A stretch of DNA of 20,999 bases, from assembly GCA_027021705.1 (NCBI GenBank), contig JALUTT010000182.1, positions 1-20,999 of the forward strand, in the 5' to 3' direction. The DNA is from Anaerolineae bacterium. GTDB taxonomy: Bacteria; Chloroflexota; Anaerolineae; S140-20. Below are positions 8,301-20,999 of this stretch, one piece after another. The position numbers and the translations under genes are program-made. Each line of letters opens with the position of its first letter. The stretch's first letter is position 1. Below the pieces are notes generated by a model that was given only the letters and a program-made list of their open reading frames with translations, was not told the origin of the DNA and searched no databases.

Positions 8301-10295
8301 CGTGAGGCGTGAGGCGTGATGAGGGTGCCCTTTCTCGGCCCTCGGTGCCTCAGTCCTCGGTGCCTCGCTTGCCTCTTCCCTCGGTGCCTCGGTCGCCTCA
8401 GCCCCCGGTGCCTCAGTCCTCGTTGCCTCGTCCGCCTCATCCCTCATTGCCGCCATCGCCTCAGCGCCCCGGCTGTCCACCAGCAGGACGGAGACGGCGG
8501 CGTCTTGGAGCATGAAAGCGAGGCGCTCCGGGGGGTAGGTGGGGTCGAGGGGGAGGTAGGCGCCGCCGGCCTTGAGGACGGCCAGGATGGCGGTGATCAT
8601 CTCCGGCGAGCGCTCGAGGCAGATGCCGACCAGGGTCTCCGGCCCGACGCCCAGCTTCTGGAGGTGGTGGGCCAATTGGTTGGCGCGGCGGTTCAATTCC
8701 CGGTAGCTCAGCCGCGCTTCCCCGAAACTCACGGCGATGGCGTCGGGGGTGCGCTCGGCCACGGCCTCGAACCAGCGGTGGACGCAGACCTCCTCGGGGA
8801 AGTCGGCCTCGGTGTCGTTCCACGTGACCAGCAGCTGCTCCCGCTCGGCCTCCGTCAGGAGGGGCAGCGCCGAGAGGCGTCGGTCGGGATCGGCGACGAT
8901 GCCCTCCAGCAGGGTCTGGAAGTGGGCGACCATCCGCTCGGCGGTGGCGGCGTCGAAGAGGTCGGTGTTGTACTCCAGCGCTCCGCCCAGCCCTTCGGGG
9001 CCGTCGGTCATCGAGAGGGTCAGGTCGAAGGTGGCCGTTCCCTTCTCCAGCTCTAGGGGCGTGATGGTCAGGCCGGCGACCTCCAGGTCCTCCAGCATCG
9101 TGGTCTGGAGGACGAACATCACCTGGAAGAGGGGGGTGTGGCTCAGGTCGCGCTCCGGCTGGAGGGCGTCCACCAGCATCTCGAAGGGGAGGTCCTGGTG
9201 GGCGTAGGCTCCCAAGGCGACCTCGCGCACCCGCTTCAGCAGTTCGCGGAAGGGCGGATCGCCGGAGAGGTCGGTGCGCAGCACGAGGGTGTTGGCGAAG
9301 TAGCCGATGAGCCCCTCGGTCTCGGCCCGGTTCCGGTTGGCGATGGGGGTGCCGACGCTGATGTCGTCCTGGCCGGTGTAGCGGTGGAGCAGCGTCTGGA
9401 AGGCGGCCAGGAGCAGCATGAAGGGGGTGACGCCTTCCTGCCGGCAGAGGGCTTTGACGGCCTGGGAGAGGGGGCGGGGCAGCATGAAGGGGCGGTGGGC
9501 TCCCCGGAAGGACTGGACGGGGGGGCGGGGCCGGTCGGTAGGGAGTTCGAGCACCGGCGGGCTGCCGCTCAATTGTTCCTTCCAGTAGGCCAACTGCTCT
9601 TCCAGCACCTCGCCCTGGAGCCACTCCCGTTGCCAGAGGGCGAAGTCGGCGTACTGGATGGGCAGTTCCGGCAGCGGCGAGGGCCGGCCGTGGGAGAAGG
9701 CGTCGTAGAGGGCGGCCAGTTCCTGGACGAAGACCCTCATAGACCAGCCGTCGGAGACGATGTGGTGCATCGTCAGGAGGGCGACGTGCTCCTCATCCCC
9801 CAGGCGCAGCAGGGTCACGCGGAGAAGCGGCCCCCGGCTCAGGTCGAAGGGACGCTGGGCTTCCTCGGTGGCCAGCCGCTGCACCTCGGCCTCCCGCGCC
9901 GCCTGGGGCAGACCGCTCAGGTCCACCAGGGGCAGGGGGAGTTCCAGCGTGGGCGCGATGACCTGAACCGGCTTGCCGTCGGTCGCCCGGAAGGTGGTGC
10001 GCAGGCTCTCGTGACGGCGGACGATCTCGTTCAGGCTCCGCTCCAGCACCACCACGTCCAGCGGCCCCCGGAGGCGGATGGCGTCGGGGATGTTGTAGAG
10101 GGGGCTGTTGGGCGCCAGTTGGTCCAGGAACCAGAGCCGCTGCTGGGCGAAGGAGAGGGGCAGGGCGTTGCCCTCCCGCTTCCGAGGGAGGATGAGGGAG
10201 CGGGAGAGGTCTACCCCTTCGGCCTTGAGCAGCATCTCCAGAAGGGCCCGTTTCTCCGGGGGGAGGTTGGCGATCTGTCTGGCGATCTCCTTCAT
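5319..10295 (-). CDS. NRPS-C, monomodular: N-terminal docking helix - C(LCL-type)-A-T-E - COM donor tail, 1658 aa
   Basis: LSFAQQRLWFL, MHHIVSDGWS; A motifs YTSGSTGKPKG, FDASV, NGYGPTE, YRTGDL; T domain GGDSI; E motifs HHLAVDGVSW, EGHGRE, SRTVGWFT, FNYLGQ; TPSDF tail. Starts 3 nt after the NRPS-B stop. Hand-aligned code DAATMAGIAK. Confidence 0.96.
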   Translation of the reverse strand: MKEIARQIANLPPEKRALLEMLLKAEGVDLSRSLILPRKREGNALPLSFAQQRLWFLDQLAPNSPLYNIPDAIRLRGPLDVVVLERSLNEIVRRHESLRTTFRATDGKPVQVIAPTLELPLPLVDLSGLPQAAREAEVQRLATEEAQRPFDLSRGPLLRVTLLRLGDEEHVALLTMHHIVSDGWSMRVFVQELAALYDAFSHGRPSPLPELPIQYADFALWQREWLQGEVLEEQLAYWKEQLSGSPPVLELPTDRPRPPVQSFRGAHRPFMLPRPLSQAVKALCRQEGVTPFMLLLAAFQTLLHRYTGQDDISVGTPIANRNRAETEGLIGYFANTLVLRTDLSGDPPFRELLKRVREVALGAYAHQDLPFEMLVDALQPERDLSHTPLFQVMFVLQTTMLEDLEVAGLTITPLELEKGTATFDLTLSMTDGPEGLGGALEYNTDLFDAATAERMVAHFQTLLEGIVADPDRRLSALPLLTEAEREQLLVTWNDTEADFPEEVCVHRWFEAVAERTPDAIAVSFGEARLSYRELNRRANQLAHHLQKLGVGPETLVGICLERSPEMITAILAVLKAGGAYLPLDPTYPPERLAFMLQDAAVSVLLVDSRGAEAMAAMRDEADEATRTEAPGAEATEAPREEASEAPRTEAPRAEKGHPHHASRLTPHASRLTLHASRLTLHASRLTHHASRITHHASLTTLHLDDWSAFAHEPDTNPDAPVTPDNLAYVIYTSGSTGKPKGTMLHHCGLCNFVRAWHRDVQVKPDDRVLQFAAFSFDASVAEVFTTLLAGAELLLARREALLSTPDLARLLQEQEVTAVTLPPVVLKMLPTEGLEALRTVMSAGEACSPEIVARWAPGRRFFNGYGPTEVTIAATWARLDAPLPEGATNVPIGRPFANVRVYVLDAHQRPVPVGVPGELCVGGTGVSRGYLNRPDLTAERFIPDPFSNRPGARLYRTGDLVRYRPDGTLEFLGRIDHQVKVRGFRIELGEIEVALRRHPRIQEAAVLAREDRPGEKRLVAYIVPPPHDGAAPGVSELRTFLQETLPDYMVPAAFVVLEAMPLTPSGKVDRRALPAPDQARPDLEGAYVAPRTREEEVLAQIWAEVLGLERVGVYDNFFELGGDSILSIQVIARANQAGLRLTPRHLFQAPTVAGLAALAGTGRIVEAEQGIVEGPVPLTPIQHWFFRRELPNPHHWNQAVLLEVRRPLDPAPLEQAIGHLLAHHDALRLRFRRRGDEGTRVQGDEALRERVAWEQVNAGPDDQVPLTWLDLSALPEPDHRPAIEAAAAQAQASLDLTHGPLLRAVYFDLGPDRPGRLLIVIHHLAVDGVSWRILLEDLQTLYRQLSRGEPAHLPPKTTSFRRWAQRLVEYAQSDEVRRELSHWLAIGRRGAPRLPVDFPGGVNTEASARSVGLTFSAEETQALLQEVPAAYRTEINDALLTALAQAVAKWTGSPALLVALEGHGREELFDDVDLSRTVGWFTTTFPVLLDLTDARGPGEALKAVKEQLRRVPRRGIGYGLLRYLCEDEEVRQQIRALPQPEISFNYLGQLDQVLPEAALFAPARESRGPDRSAGGERSHLLEINGSIAGGQLRLEWTYSENLHRRSTIERLAQDFAQALRAIIAHCRSPEAGGVTPSDFPLAGLDQRKLDKLLARIKR
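6549..6596. repeat. Degenerate 8-nt tandem array (TTCCCTCR-like, 6 units) inside the NRPS-C E domain
   Basis: ttccctca gtgcctca tcgccttg caccctcg ttccctca tccccccg; encodes the RGDEGTRVQGDEALRE loop. Confidence 0.75.
8196..8465. repeat. Composite microsatellite cassette in the NRPS-C A loop (90 codons): 16 tandem GCGTGA(G/A/T) 7-mers (8209-8320) plus a CCTC-core array
   Basis: 16 x 7 = 112 nt counted directly; encodes HASRLT/HASRIT repeats preceded by EATEAPR-type repeats. Confidence 0.92.
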
Positions 10296-10298
10296 CGG

Positions 10299-17093
<6,795 letters not shown>

Positions 17094-17098
17094 CCGGT

Positions 17099-17104
17099 CA
17101 CCTT
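17099..17104 (-). promoter_or_regulatory. Probable Shine-Dalgarno site (AAGGTG) of NRPS-B
   Basis: Minus strand ACAAAGGTGACCGGATG; 5-nt spacer. Confidence 0.55.
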
Positions 17105-17122
17105 TGTCACGTTCGTCTCAGA

Positions 17123-18100
17123 TCATCCACTCTTGGAGCTTGCACTGCCGGCGGGAGCGGCCGGGTTGGCCGGTGTCGCCGCCACAGGGGCCTCGGAGGT
17201 GAGCCCCGTTCCGCCGAGCCACTTCTCGAAGGCTTGCTCAAACTTGGCCTCTTGCTCCGGGGTCAGGTATTCCTTCGCATAGCCAGACTTCCCCTTGCGG
17301 AGGAAGGCACCCACCCGGGTTCCGTGGAGCTGCCACAGCACCTCGATGGCCGGGTCGAACTTGAGCTCGTACTGCTTCATAAAGGCGAAGCTGGTCCGCT
17401 CCAGGATGACGGGCCACTTCTCCGTCGGGATGTCGAAGCCGCAGAAGTCGGCGATCTCCCGCATCCCGCCTTCCGGGTCTCGGAGCATGTCCTCGTACCG
17501 CAGGTAGAGGATGTTGAGGCGGCGGGGATTGGCCCGCCATTGGGCGACGTGTTTGAACCAGGAGCCGTACTGGACCTTGCCCCGCATAAAGCGCTTGAAG
17601 AACTCGGGGAAGGTGCCCTTGTACCCCAGGTGGCTCTTGTAGAAGTGGTAGTAGGAGACCAGCACGTCCTTGCCGTTGCGGATCATGTAGATGTAGCGGC
17701 AGGACGCCTTGGGGATGGAAAAGATGCCGTTGTAGTGCAGGTGGGTCTTGAAGGCACGGGGAGAGGGCAGCGATTCGATGTTCCGTCGGTGCAGGGTGGA
17801 CTGCTCGAACCAGGGCACGACCTCGGAGATGTGGGTGAAGTTCATCTCCCCGTCGGTGGTCATCTGGTAGAGGATCATCTGCAACCAGGTGGTGCCGGAG
17901 CGCGGGTAGGTCACGATGAAGATGTCGTCCGGGCGGGGGACGTAGTCCAGGTACTTCAGCCGGAGCCAGTCGAGAGCGATGCTGGAGTTGGCCAGGATGC
18001 CGGCGCCGAAGCGCAGGACTCCGCTTCCCCCCTTCGCCACGGGGGAGAGAAGCTTCTTGGGCAAGGGTCTGGGGTCGCGCCGCTGTTTGGAACCGGTCAT
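17123..18100 (-). CDS. PAPS-dependent sulfotransferase (Sulfotransfer_1 / cytosolic SULT-like), 325 aa
   Basis: ATG at 18100 (MTGSKQRRDP...) with AAGGAG 7 nt upstream, 14 nt after the NRPS-A stop. 5'-PSB loop DDIFIVTYPRSGTTW; catalytic His region FKTHL; 3'-PB motif IRNGKDVLVSYYHF; YGSWFKHV; LRYEDM; C-terminal FLRKGKSG. The 540-aa ORF in the track over-extends the N-terminus into NRPS-A. Confidence 0.93.
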   Translation of the reverse strand: MTGSKQRRDPRPLPKKLLSPVAKGGSGVLRFGAGILANSSIALDWLRLKYLDYVPRPDDIFIVTYPRSGTTWLQMILYQMTTDGEMNFTHISEVVPWFEQSTLHRRNIESLPSPRAFKTHLHYNGIFSIPKASCRYIYMIRNGKDVLVSYYHFYKSHLGYKGTFPEFFKRFMRGKVQYGSWFKHVAQWRANPRRLNILYLRYEDMLRDPEGGMREIADFCGFDIPTEKWPVILERTSFAFMKQYELKFDPAIEVLWQLHGTRVGAFLRKGKSGYAKEYLTPEQEAKFEQAFEKWLGGTGLTSEAPVAATPANPAAPAGSASSKSG

Positions 18101-18107
18101 AGAGGGT

Positions 18108-18113
18108 CTCCTT
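18108..18113 (-). promoter_or_regulatory. Shine-Dalgarno site (AAGGAG) of the sulfotransferase
   Basis: Minus strand reads TAGAAAGGAGACCCTCTATG; 7-nt spacer. Confidence 0.75.
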
Positions 18114-18114
18114 T

Positions 18115-20999
<2,885 letters not shown>

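Noticed and set aside
8196..8465. A-domain inserts as embedded methyltransferase domains, inteins or introns
   Set aside because: Too short and low-complexity: no SAM-binding glycine motif, no intein terminal Cys/Ser...His-Asn signature, and no intron features.
17094..17122. Possible terminator or promoter in the intergenic gaps
   Set aside because: Gaps are only 3-29 nt with no hairpin plus U-tract or promoter boxes, consistent with one operon.

Overview
GC-rich (roughly 70% by eye) internal segment of a large nonribosomal peptide synthetase (NRPS) operon, all on the minus strand and open at both window edges. Order of transcription (right to left): NRPS-A, partial (A[Asn]-T-E, >20999..18115); a stand-alone PAPS-dependent SULT-like sulfotransferase (18100..17123); NRPS-B (DCL-type C-A-T-LCL-type C-A-T, 17093..10299); NRPS-C (LCL-type C-A-T-E, 10295..5319); NRPS-D, partial (DCL-type C-A[Phe]-T-LCL-type C-A..., 5304..<1; absent from the ORF track because it has no stop inside the window). 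Predicted peptide segment: D-Asn / basic? / aromatic / D-aromatic? / Phe / unknown, possibly sulfated. No thioesterase, reductase, MbtH-like gene, RNA gene, mobile element or CRISPR array is visible. The most unusual feature is a family of in-frame microsatellite cassettes. Every adenylation domain whose A2-A3 loop is visible (5 of 5) has a 64-90 codon loop built from 7-, 8- and 9-nt units, with a GAGG-core array facing a complementary CCTC-core array. Both epimerization domains carry an 8-nt array (6 vs 9 units). These cassettes lie next to tracts that are homogenised or mosaic between modules. This points to repeat-associated module remodelling and possibly slippage-based switching; that interpretation is inference, not demonstrated.
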